DNA of 64,000 nucleotides from Lachnospiraceae bacterium (GTDB lineage Bacteria > Bacillota > Clostridia > Lachnospirales > Lachnospiraceae): assembly GCA_051880375.1 (NCBI GenBank), contig JBJENV010000060.1, positions 9,228 through 73,227 on the forward strand, in the 5' to 3' direction. The position numbers and the translations under genes are program-made. Below the pieces are notes generated by a model, which searched no databases, was not told the origin of the DNA, and saw only the letters and a list, made by a program, of their open reading frames with translations. This document shows, piece after piece, positions 56,213-64,000 of the stretch (position 1 is the first letter of the stretch; each line of letters starts with the position of its first letter).

Positions 56213-57421
56213 ATGTTCAACTTAAACCATTTTATATGCAAATATGTTACAAAAAGACCTCAGAGTATGTTCCTTAAAGATATCGAGGACAACAGGGGTG
56301 AATTAACAAGAAAGATAGAAGGCAAATCAGTTTTGGTCATTGGCGGTGCTGGTTCGATCGGCTCTTCATTCATAAAAGCTATTCTTCCTTTCAAACCAGC
56401 CACTTTGGTGGTTGTTGATACAAATGAGAATGCTCTTGCGGAACTTACAAGGAACTTAAGATCAACAAAAGGAATGTATGTGCCAGAGGACTATGTTCCA
56501 TATCCAATGGACTTCGCATCCCCTGTGTTTGAAAAGATGTTCCGCAAGCGTGGAGGATTTGACATTGTAGGAAACTTCTCCGCACACAAGCATGTTAGAT
56601 CAGAGAAAGATATTTACTCTGTAGAAGCTCTTCTGCAGAACAATGTGCTACATGCCAAGTTGCTACTTGACCTTTTGTCTGAATTTCCACCTGAAGAGTA
56701 TTTCTGTGTTTCAACGGATAAGGCTGCAAATCCTGTCAATATCATGGGTGCAAGTAAAAGAATTATGGAGGATGTCATTTTCTCCTATTCGGACAAATTC
56801 CCGGTAAAAACGGCTCGCTTTGCCAATGTAGCTTTTTCTAATGGTTCTCTTCCAGCTGGTTTTATTTCAAGACTTCAGAAGTTACAGCCAATATCTGCTC
56901 CTTCAGATGTAAAGCGGTATTTCGTATCCCCTGAAGAGAGTGGCCAGATTTGTATGCTTGCTTGTATGCTCGGAAAAAACAGAGAGATCTTCTTCCCGAG
57001 ACTGGAAGAGGAACAGATGATGACTTTTGATAAGATTGCCACAGCTTTCTTGGAAGAGAATGGATTTGTAGTATTAGAGTGCGCAAGCGATGAGGAAGCA
57101 ATAGAGAAAGCTGAGGATTTGAAGAACGGTAGTTTAAAATACCCTGTCCATTATTCAGGCTCTGATACTTCTGGTGAAAAAGCGTACGAGGAGTTTTACA
57201 CTGATCAGGAGAGTGTAGACCTTGATAGGCTCAAGGCTCTTGGTGTTGTTACGGAAAAACCAATTCCAGATAAGAATAAGGTGAAAGTACTGTTTGATGA
57301 ATTGACAGCAGCTTTTGAAAAAGAAGAAACAACAAAAGAGGAAGTAATTGCAATTATGAAAGCATATCTTCCTAACTTTGAACATATCGAGACCGGCAGG
57401 TCATTAGATAGCAAAATGTAA
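56213..57421 (+). CDS. Soluble Polysacc_synt_2 nucleotide-sugar 4,6-dehydratase (LgaA/LegB-role candidate)
   Basis: Motifs GGAGSIGS, AHKHV and STDKAANPVNIMGASKR, with no TM domain. It is the first gene of the nonulosonic acid module. Confidence 0.85.
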   Translation: MFNLNHFICKYVTKRPQSMFLKDIEDNRGELTRKIEGKSVLVIGGAGSIGSSFIKAILPFKPATLVVVDTNENALAELTRNLRSTKGMYVPEDYVPYPMDFASPVFEKMFRKRGGFDIVGNFSAHKHVRSEKDIYSVEALLQNNVLHAKLLLDLLSEFPPEEYFCVSTDKAANPVNIMGASKRIMEDVIFSYSDKFPVKTARFANVAFSNGSLPAGFISRLQKLQPISAPSDVKRYFVSPEESGQICMLACMLGKNREIFFPRLEEEQMMTFDKIATAFLEENGFVVLECASDEEAIEKAEDLKNGSLKYPVHYSGSDTSGEKAYEEFYTDQESVDLDRLKALGVVTEKPIPDKNKVKVLFDELTAAFEKEETTKEEVIAIMKAYLPNFEHIETGRSLDSKM

Positions 57422-57436
57422 GAGGTGCTTATTTGA

Positions 57437-58497
57437 ATGAAAAAGGAACGATCAAATGTACTAGATATAATTAAAGGATTGATGATCATTTTTATAATCA
57501 TCACACACTTTCGATTCGTGTATCCTGATGATTACAAGCGATATGGCTTCTTTTTTTGGATAGACATGGCTGTGCCTGTTTTTATGATTATTACTGGATA
57601 TGTAACGTCTATTCAATATAGAAAAAGAGGTATAGAGTCGTTAGATCAAGCATATTCTATTGAAGTTGTAATTCCGAAAGTTTTAAGGTTTTTAGTTCCT
57701 TTTTCCCTTATTGTGCTTTTGGAATTACCGTACATGATATTTATAAATCATGCAGGTGTCATCGAAACAATAGAAAAAATCGTTCGAGGGGGGTAGGACC
57801 AGGTTCATACTATACGCCAGTAATGATACAACTGGTATTTTTGATTCCCCTTATCTATGTACTAATTAAAAAGTATGATTGGTTTGGTGTAATTATTTGT
57901 TTTCTGTTAACAGCCTTGTGGGAGATGATTCAATACTGTTGGGGTATGGATGGTCAATCATACAAGATTATTGCCTTTAGATACATAAGCGTAATTGCTT
58001 TTGGTTGTTTCATTGCGATTGGAAAGAAAAGGCTAAGCAAAATAGTGTTAGGCATGATGTTTTCGATAGGTTTAATATGGCAGGTAGCATTGAATTACAT
58101 TCCGCTTAATCCTGTTTTTATGAACTCTGATTGGGCAAGGGTCAACTATTTACCATCTTTGTTTGTAATGCCGGTTTTGTATGTTTTGATTAGGAAGTTT
58201 TCCGACAGTAAAGTAAAATTACTTCCTCTACAAGAAATAGGGAAAGCATCATTTAATATTTTCTTGGTTCAAATGGTTTTCTATGGATGCGGACTAGCAG
58301 GGGTCATATATAAAATCATAGATAATATGTGGCTTCAACTGATCGCATGTATTTGTGTATGTTTGGTAGGAGGATACCTCTTTTACATCATCGAACATCG
58401 CTTAACAAGTATTCTGGTCAACTGTATTAAAAATAAGAACTACTTCAAAGACGATATTATAAAAATTATTAAAATATGTAATAGCTCAGAAAAGTGA
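57437..58497 (+). pseudogene. Acyltransferase_3-family membrane O-acyltransferase, split by a frameshift at a G6 tract
   Basis: ORFs 57437-57796 and 57823-58497 are two halves of one multi-TM acyltransferase. Reading through in the second frame gives ...GVGPGSYYTPVMIQL. Adding 1 G or removing 2 G restores one ORF of about 350 aa. Confidence 0.8.
57788..57793 (+). repeat. Homopolymeric G6 tract at the frameshift site
   Basis: Read directly: CGAGGGGGGTAGG. Confidence 0.9.
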
Positions 58498-58517
58498 TTA
58501 TGAGTAGGAGGTAGAAC

Positions 58518-59711
58518 ATGAGCAAGTTTATTCCGTTATCTATCCCGAATTTTGAAGGGAACGAGAAAAAATATGTGGATGATGCCCTTGAGCAGGGTTG
58601 GGTATCCACAGGAGGCGCATATATTTCTAAACTGGAAAAGCAGATGGCAGAGCTTCTGCATACTGATAATGTTGCTGCATGTCAGAGCGGTACCTCTGCG
58701 CTTCATCTGTCTTTAGTAGAAGCTGGCGTTAGGCCGGGAGATGTTGTTATTGTTCCGCCTCTTACCTTTATTGCAGCTGTTAATCCTGTAAAGTATCAGT
58801 TTGCAACTCCTGTGTTCATCGATTGTGATGACTCCTTCTGCATGGATCCAATCAAACTCAGACAGTTCTGTGAAGAAGAATGCGTGTTTGATGGTGAAGT
58901 ATTAAAGTATAACTTGGGAGTAGTCAAAGCAATTGTAGTGGTCCATGTCTTTGGCAATATGGCTGATATGGTTTCTATCATGGAAATCGCTAATAAATAC
59001 AACCTGAAGGTTATTGAAGATGCGACTGAAGCACTTGGTACATATTACACTGAAGGTGAGTTTAAAGACAAATACGCAGGAACCATAGGTGATTTTGGCG
59101 CGTACTCCTTTAATGGTAACAAGATCATCACAACTGGCGGCGGCGGTGCGGTTACTGCCAACAAATCCGAGGTTGTTGACCATATCCGTTATCTTTCAAC
59201 CCAGGCTAAGAATGACCCTCATTACTATATTCACCATGAAGTTGGCTACAACTATCGTATGACAAATCTTCAGGCAGCTCTTGGCGTTGCTCAGATGGAG
59301 GAACTTTCTGAGTTTATCAGAAGAAAAAAGGCCAACTACGACTTGTACTGCAAACTGTTTGAGAACTTTGAACTTGGAAAAATGATTGGTTTTAGAGAAG
59401 GCACTTCTTCAAACAAGTGGTTCTATTCTCTGGAAATTAATAGAGATAGAGTAAAAGCTACAATGCGTGAAATCATCACAGCCCTTGAAGAAAGAGGAAT
59501 TCAGACTCGAGCTATTTGGGGTCTGATTAATGAACAGATACCTTATCAGGGCGAAGTTGCATATAAGATAGAGAAGGCTCCTTATTATGCAGCCAGAATT
59601 TTGAATTTCCCTTCTAGTACTCAGATTACAAAAGAAGAGATTGAGTATGTAGCTGAACAGATAAAAGATGTATTGGAGGGGTTTGCTGATGGAAATGGAG
59701 AAAATCAGTAA
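58518..59711 (+). CDS. DegT/DnrJ/EryC1/StrS-family PLP-dependent sugar aminotransferase (LegC/LgaB-role candidate)
   Basis: IPLS.P.F.G.E..Y start, SGTSALHL, and the PLP lysine in FSFNGNKIITTGGGG. Confidence 0.9.
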   Translation: MSKFIPLSIPNFEGNEKKYVDDALEQGWVSTGGAYISKLEKQMAELLHTDNVAACQSGTSALHLSLVEAGVRPGDVVIVPPLTFIAAVNPVKYQFATPVFIDCDDSFCMDPIKLRQFCEEECVFDGEVLKYNLGVVKAIVVVHVFGNMADMVSIMEIANKYNLKVIEDATEALGTYYTEGEFKDKYAGTIGDFGAYSFNGNKIITTGGGGAVTANKSEVVDHIRYLSTQAKNDPHYYIHHEVGYNYRMTNLQAALGVAQMEELSEFIRRKKANYDLYCKLFENFELGKMIGFREGTSSNKWFYSLEINRDRVKATMREIITALEERGIQTRAIWGLINEQIPYQGEVAYKIEKAPYYAARILNFPSSTQITKEEIEYVAEQIKDVLEGFADGNGENQ

Positions 59712-60759
59712 ATATGTAGGAAATCAATCAATGTCGATTGTTGATGCAATGGCTAAGATTGATGCAAATGCAAAGGGAATTCTTTTTATTGTTGATGATA
59801 ATCAAAAACTTGTCGGAGCTTTGACAGATGGTGATATAAGAAGATGGATACTAAATTCAGGAGAAGTGTCTGCTTCCGTTTCATGCGCAATGAATAAATC
59901 ACCTAAGTATCTGAAGGTTGATGAAAAGCATAAAGCTTTACAGGTTATGAGCGAAAAAGGTATCACGGCGCTTCCAGTGCTTGATGATAATATGAGAGTC
60001 ATTGATATAGTATTTAAATCAGACTCGATGGAGTGTGAAGTACCAAAGAGGAAGCTGTCAGGTGTACCCGTAGTAATTATGGCAGGTGGGAAAGGAACCA
60101 GGCTTTATCCTTATACAAAGATACTACCTAAACCGCTTGTCCCGATTGGTGATACTCCTATCGTTGAACGAATCATCAACTATTTCTCAGACTTTGGAAT
60201 GAAGTCTTTTTATATGACTGTTAATTATAAAAAGGCAATGATTCGTTCCTACTTTGATGAGGTTGAGAAAGACTATACAATAAAGTATGTAGAGGAAAAC
60301 AAACCTCTAGGCACTGGCGGCAGTATCAAACTGATTGAAGATAGATTTGATAAACCTATTTTTATTTCCAACTGTGATTCGCTGATTTTGGCAGATTATT
60401 ATGATATCTATCAGCATCATTTAAATGCGGGTAATGATATAACTGTGGTATCAGCACTCAAAAACATCCAAGTTCCTTATGGAGTGATGCATACTGGCGA
60501 AAATGGCGCTCTTAAATCAATGGAAGAGAAACCGAAGCTGTCATATTTTATCAACACTGGTATGTATGTTATCAATCCGGAAACAATCAATTTGATTCCT
60601 GATGATATAATGTTCCATATGACACATCTGGTTGAAGCTGTGATGAAAAAGGGTGGCAAGGTAGGAACATACCCGGTCAGTGAAGATTCGTTCCTTGATA
60701 TGGGTGAATTGGATGAAATGAAAAGAATGGAGGAGAAACTTCATATAGTTTCTGATTAA
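59689..60759 (+). CDS. CBS-domain sugar-phosphate nucleotidyltransferase (PtmE/LgaF-like)
   Basis: Tandem CBS region (ILFIVDDNQKLVGALTDGDIRR...) followed by an NTP_transferase domain (VVIMAGGKGTRL.P.T...PKPL.PIG). The start overlaps the upstream gene end. Confidence 0.85.
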   Translation: MEMEKISKYVGNQSMSIVDAMAKIDANAKGILFIVDDNQKLVGALTDGDIRRWILNSGEVSASVSCAMNKSPKYLKVDEKHKALQVMSEKGITALPVLDDNMRVIDIVFKSDSMECEVPKRKLSGVPVVIMAGGKGTRLYPYTKILPKPLVPIGDTPIVERIINYFSDFGMKSFYMTVNYKKAMIRSYFDEVEKDYTIKYVEENKPLGTGGSIKLIEDRFDKPIFISNCDSLILADYYDIYQHHLNAGNDITVVSALKNIQVPYGVMHTGENGALKSMEEKPKLSYFINTGMYVINPETINLIPDDIMFHMTHLVEAVMKKGGKVGTYPVSEDSFLDMGELDEMKRMEEKLHIVSD

Positions 60760-61331
60760 TGATGGAAGATATTATTTTGGTAGGTTATGGCGGGCATGCT
60801 AAAAGTGTTGCTGACTGCATTGAAAGAAAAAAAGAATATAGAATTATAGGATATACAGAACCTGCCGAAGTAGAATCTAGATATCCTTATTTAGGAACAG
60901 ATGAGGTTCTCAAACATTATTATTCTAAGGGAATCAGAAATGTTGCGATTTGCCAGGGCTATTTAGGGCATGGAGAATTACGTCAAAAACTATATAAGTT
61001 TGTAAAGGACATTGGTTATACTTTACCTGTAATTACGGACCCATCTAGTATCATATCAAGCACAGCGGTTATTGGTGAGGGAACATTCATTGGTAAAGGA
61101 GCTATTGTGAATTCAGAAGCCAGGATTGGCAAAATGGCAATCATTAACACAATGTCGCTCGTGGAACATGAATGTAGTGTCGGTGATTTTTCACACGTAG
61201 CGGTTTCAGCTGTCTTGTGTGGACAGGTTGAAGTTGGAGAAGCAGCGTTTATTGGAGCTAATTCAACAGTTATTCAGTGTAGAAAAATCGAGTCCGGGAA
61301 AATTGTCCCTGCCGGTGTTACGATTAGATAG
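60759..61331 (+). CDS. NeuD-family hexapeptide N-acetyltransferase (LegH/LgaC-role candidate)
   Basis: ILVGYGGHAKSV N-terminus and beta-helix repeats (IGEGTFIGKGAIVN...VEHECSVGDFSHVA). Confidence 0.85.
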   Translation: MMEDIILVGYGGHAKSVADCIERKKEYRIIGYTEPAEVESRYPYLGTDEVLKHYYSKGIRNVAICQGYLGHGELRQKLYKFVKDIGYTLPVITDPSSIISSTAVIGEGTFIGKGAIVNSEARIGKMAIINTMSLVEHECSVGDFSHVAVSAVLCGQVEVGEAAFIGANSTVIQCRKIESGKIVPAGVTIR

Positions 61332-61343
61332 GGTGGTGAAGGA

Positions 61344-62342
61344 ATGAAACATGTAATTATTATTGCTGAAGCTGGTGTGAACCATAATGGGAGCTTTGAA
61401 CTTGCAAAGTCGATGGTTGATGCTGCAAAAGAAGCAGGAGTGGATTATGTAAAATTTCAAACATTTAATCCTAAAAAACTGGTTTCCAAATATGCTGAAA
61501 AAGCTGAGTATCAAAAGGAAACAACTGGATCAGATGAGACCCAGCTTCAGATGTTGCAGAAGCTTACATTGACAGAGGAAAATTTCCTTTCATTGCGTGA
61601 CTATTGCAGGAAAGTTGGCATTGGATTCATATCGACTCCATTTGATTTAGACAGTATTGCTTTTTTGGAAATCTTTGACATGGACTTCTGGAAAGTACCA
61701 TCCGGTGAGGTAACTAACTTACCATATTTGGAGGCAATAGCCAGAACAAAAAGAAAAGTTGTTATGTCTACTGGAATGTGTGATATGAACGAAATCCAGG
61801 ATGCGATAGAAGTATTGGAGAAAAACGGAACAACAGAGATAACTCTTCTACACTGCAACACACAATACCCGACTCCATATGAGCACGTTAATCTAAGTGC
61901 TATGAATTCAATTAGGGACGCTCTGCATAAAGAAGTAGGGTACTCCGATCATACACAGGGTATAGAAGTTCCAATTGCTGCTGTTGCGATGGGGGCTACT
62001 GTTATTGAAAAGCATTTCACTCTGGATAAAAATATGGAAGGACCTGATCATAAGGCCAGTCTGAATCCAATAGAGTTACAACAGATGGTCAAGGCTATTC
62101 GTAATATTGAACAGGCCATTGGAAACGGATTAAAGGAACCATCTTCTTCCGAAATGGCAAATAAGGCAGTAGCTAGAAAAAGCATTGTAGCCAGTAGAGA
62201 TATTAAACAAGGAGAAGTATTCTCAGAAGAAAATCTTGCAACCAAACGACCTGGAACAGGAATTTCACCGATGAAGTGGTATGAAGTGATTGGAAAGGTT
62301 GCATCTAGAGATTTTTCCGAGGATGAAATAATAGAGCTATGA
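61344..62342 (+). CDS. neuB: NeuB-family nonulosonic acid synthase (N-acetylneuraminate/legionaminate synthase)
   Basis: IIAEAGVNHNG start, KFQT, GYSDHT, EKHFTLD and a C-terminal SAF/AFP-like domain. Confidence 0.92.
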   Translation: MKHVIIIAEAGVNHNGSFELAKSMVDAAKEAGVDYVKFQTFNPKKLVSKYAEKAEYQKETTGSDETQLQMLQKLTLTEENFLSLRDYCRKVGIGFISTPFDLDSIAFLEIFDMDFWKVPSGEVTNLPYLEAIARTKRKVVMSTGMCDMNEIQDAIEVLEKNGTTEITLLHCNTQYPTPYEHVNLSAMNSIRDALHKEVGYSDHTQGIEVPIAAVAMGATVIEKHFTLDKNMEGPDHKASLNPIELQQMVKAIRNIEQAIGNGLKEPSSSEMANKAVARKSIVASRDIKQGEVFSEENLATKRPGTGISPMKWYEVIGKVASRDFSEDEIIEL

Positions 62343-63505
62343 AAAAAATCGCGGTAGTAACTTCGACAAGAGCTGAATTTGGACTTTTGATGCCTGTAAT
62401 TCAATCTCTTCGAGAGTACGAAAACAATGAACTTAAGATTGAAGTAGTAGTTACAGGAACGCATCTTTCAAACGAATACGGACATACCATCGATGAAATA
62501 TATCGAAATGGTATTCGTTTTGATGCAACTGTGGAAATACCTGTCGGCTCAAAAGATGCCGGTGATATCTCGCATAACCAGGCTATAACCCTGGAAAAGT
62601 TCACTGAGCTTTTTATGGAGAAGAAATACAACGGTATTGTAATTCTTGGTGACAGGTATGAAATGCTATCAATAGCCATTGCTGCTGGAAATACCCATAC
62701 TCCAATTTTTCATCTTTGTGGAGGAGATACGACTGAAGGGGCATTAGATGAATGGATTCGCCATTCAATTACAAAGATGAGCTATCTCCATTTCCCTTCG
62801 AATGTGGAAAGCTATAGGAGAATTATTCAGCTAGGCGAGGATCCTGAGCGTGTTTTTAATTATGGTTCTACAAGCATAGACAACATCATGAAGCTGTCCA
62901 ATATGCCAAAAGATGATGCCCTAAGAAGTATAGGGTTAGAAGAATGCAAGTATGCGGTTTGCACATATCATCCAGTTACGATGGATGCTGGCGATGTTGA
63001 TGGATTGATTCACAATTTTCTTGAAGCAATAAAGCATACTCCAGAGATAGAATTCATTGTTACAAAATCAAATGCTGACCAGGGTGGTGCACATATTAAC
63101 GAATTACTTGATATGGCACAAGCAGATATTAAAAACCTTCACGTTTTTACATCGTTAGGTGTTATAAGATATCTTTCATTAATGAAATACGCAGAATTTG
63201 TGTTAGGCAATTCATCTAGTGGTATTGTTGAAACACCAGCGTTTGGAATACCTACCATCAATATTGGAGATAGGCAAAGAGGTCGTCTACAGTCGGAGAG
63301 TATTATTAACTGCTCCACTGATTATGAAGGCATAGAAGCTGCAATTCAAAAAGCAATGAGTTCTGAATTTAAGAAAACTTGTAAATCAGTGGTTAGTCCA
63401 TATGGCGATGGCCATGCAGCAGAACGTATTGCAGCGAAGATTGTCGAAGTGGTTAGCGAAGATAAAATTGATTTAAAGAAGAAGTTCTTTAATATCGAGG
63501 TATAA
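62339..63505 (+). CDS. neuC: Hydrolysing UDP/GDP-N-acetylhexosamine 2-epimerase (NeuC/LegG-like)
   Basis: KKIAVVT.TRAE.GLL start, LGDR.E, HL.GG..T.GA.DE..RH..TK, and GNSSSGI.E. Confidence 0.92.
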   Translation: MKKIAVVTSTRAEFGLLMPVIQSLREYENNELKIEVVVTGTHLSNEYGHTIDEIYRNGIRFDATVEIPVGSKDAGDISHNQAITLEKFTELFMEKKYNGIVILGDRYEMLSIAIAAGNTHTPIFHLCGGDTTEGALDEWIRHSITKMSYLHFPSNVESYRRIIQLGEDPERVFNYGSTSIDNIMKLSNMPKDDALRSIGLEECKYAVCTYHPVTMDAGDVDGLIHNFLEAIKHTPEIEFIVTKSNADQGGAHINELLDMAQADIKNLHVFTSLGVIRYLSLMKYAEFVLGNSSSGIVETPAFGIPTINIGDRQRGRLQSESIINCSTDYEGIEAAIQKAMSSEFKKTCKSVVSPYGDGHAAERIAAKIVEVVSEDKIDLKKKFFNIEV

Positions 63506-63510
63506 ATAAG

Positions 63511-64000
63511 ATGAAGAATATTGCAATCATACCTGCAAGAAGTGGTTCTAAGGGTTTAAAAGATAAAAATATAAAAGAACTAAATGGAAAGCCATTGCTG
63601 GCATACAGTATAGATGCAGCCATATCATCTGACCTGTTTGAAGAAGTAATGGTTAGTACGGATAGCGAACTGTATGCTAATGTGGCAAAGGAAAATGGCG
63701 CATCAGTTCCTTTCTTGAGGTCGGAAGAGCAAAGTGGTGACAATGCAGGAAGCTGGGGAGTTGTCGAAGAAGTACTAAAAAAATACGAGACTCTCGGAGA
63801 AAAGTTTGATACTGTTTGTCTTTTACAGCCTACGTCACCATTGAGAAGAACGGAAGATATTTTGGCAGCTTATGAATTGCTGAATGATAAAAATGCAGAT
63901 GCAGTTACTTCAGTCTGTGAAGTTGACCATTCACCATTATGGACAATGACGCTTGATGAAACTCACTCACTATGTGAGTTTAGAAAAAATCTTGTTAATG
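63511..64000 (+). CDS. neuA: CMP-nonulosonate (acylneuraminate) cytidylyltransferase, 3' partial at window end
   Basis: Translating from the ATG at 63511 gives MKNIAIIPARSGSKGLKDKNIKELNGKPLLAYSI...LLQPTSPLR. There is no stop before the window end, so it is absent from the ORF track. Confidence 0.9.
   Translation, partial: MKNIAIIPARSGSKGLKDKNIKELNGKPLLAYSIDAAISSDLFEEVMVSTDSELYANVAKENGASVPFLRSEEQSGDNAGSWGVVEEVLKKYETLGEKFDTVCLLQPTSPLRRTEDILAAYELLNDKNADAVTSVCEVDHSPLWTMTLDETHSLCEFRKNLVN

Overview
The window looks like a chromosomal segment of a Clostridia-type Firmicute, probably Lachnospiraceae. That assignment is an inference from DUF5688, Rpn-like and SpoVB-like genes and cannot be confirmed without a database search. 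Positions 1-39,000 are mostly core genes at moderate GC: pheA, htrA, pcrA, a BceRS-BceAB-type peptide-antibiotic sensing and export module, nfnAB-like oxidoreductase, tRNA-Arg(CCG), rluF, ligA, metA, an Rrf2-nifS-nifU-mnmA operon, rqcH, a COG0523 metallochaperone cluster, a membrane GDPD and a SPOR amidase. A single low-GC ToxN/AbiQ-type toxin gene is inserted at 9.0-9.6 kb. After a terminator at about 39.05 kb the sequence becomes visibly AT-rich. This accessory part holds an XRE/ImmA/membrane-protein module (39.2-41.0 kb) and a glycan biosynthesis locus of at least 23 kb, all on the plus strand (41.3 kb to the window end). The locus appears mosaic. Module 1 (42.5-55.5 kb) has a PglF-like dehydratase, PIG-L deacetylase, PLP decarboxylase, two ATP-grasp ligases, a hexapeptide acetyltransferase, GT4, a MurJ-like flippase, a Wzy_C protein, an HpcH-like enzyme and a PglC-like initiating transferase. 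A truncated acetyltransferase pseudogene and 280 bp of noncoding DNA mark a junction at 55.5-56.2 kb. Module 2 (56.2 kb onward) is a complete legionaminic-acid-type nonulosonic acid pathway, interrupted by an acyltransferase gene frameshifted at a G6 tract. No CRISPR array, rRNA, transposase or integrase was seen. All calls come from reading the translations and DNA by eye; no searches were run.
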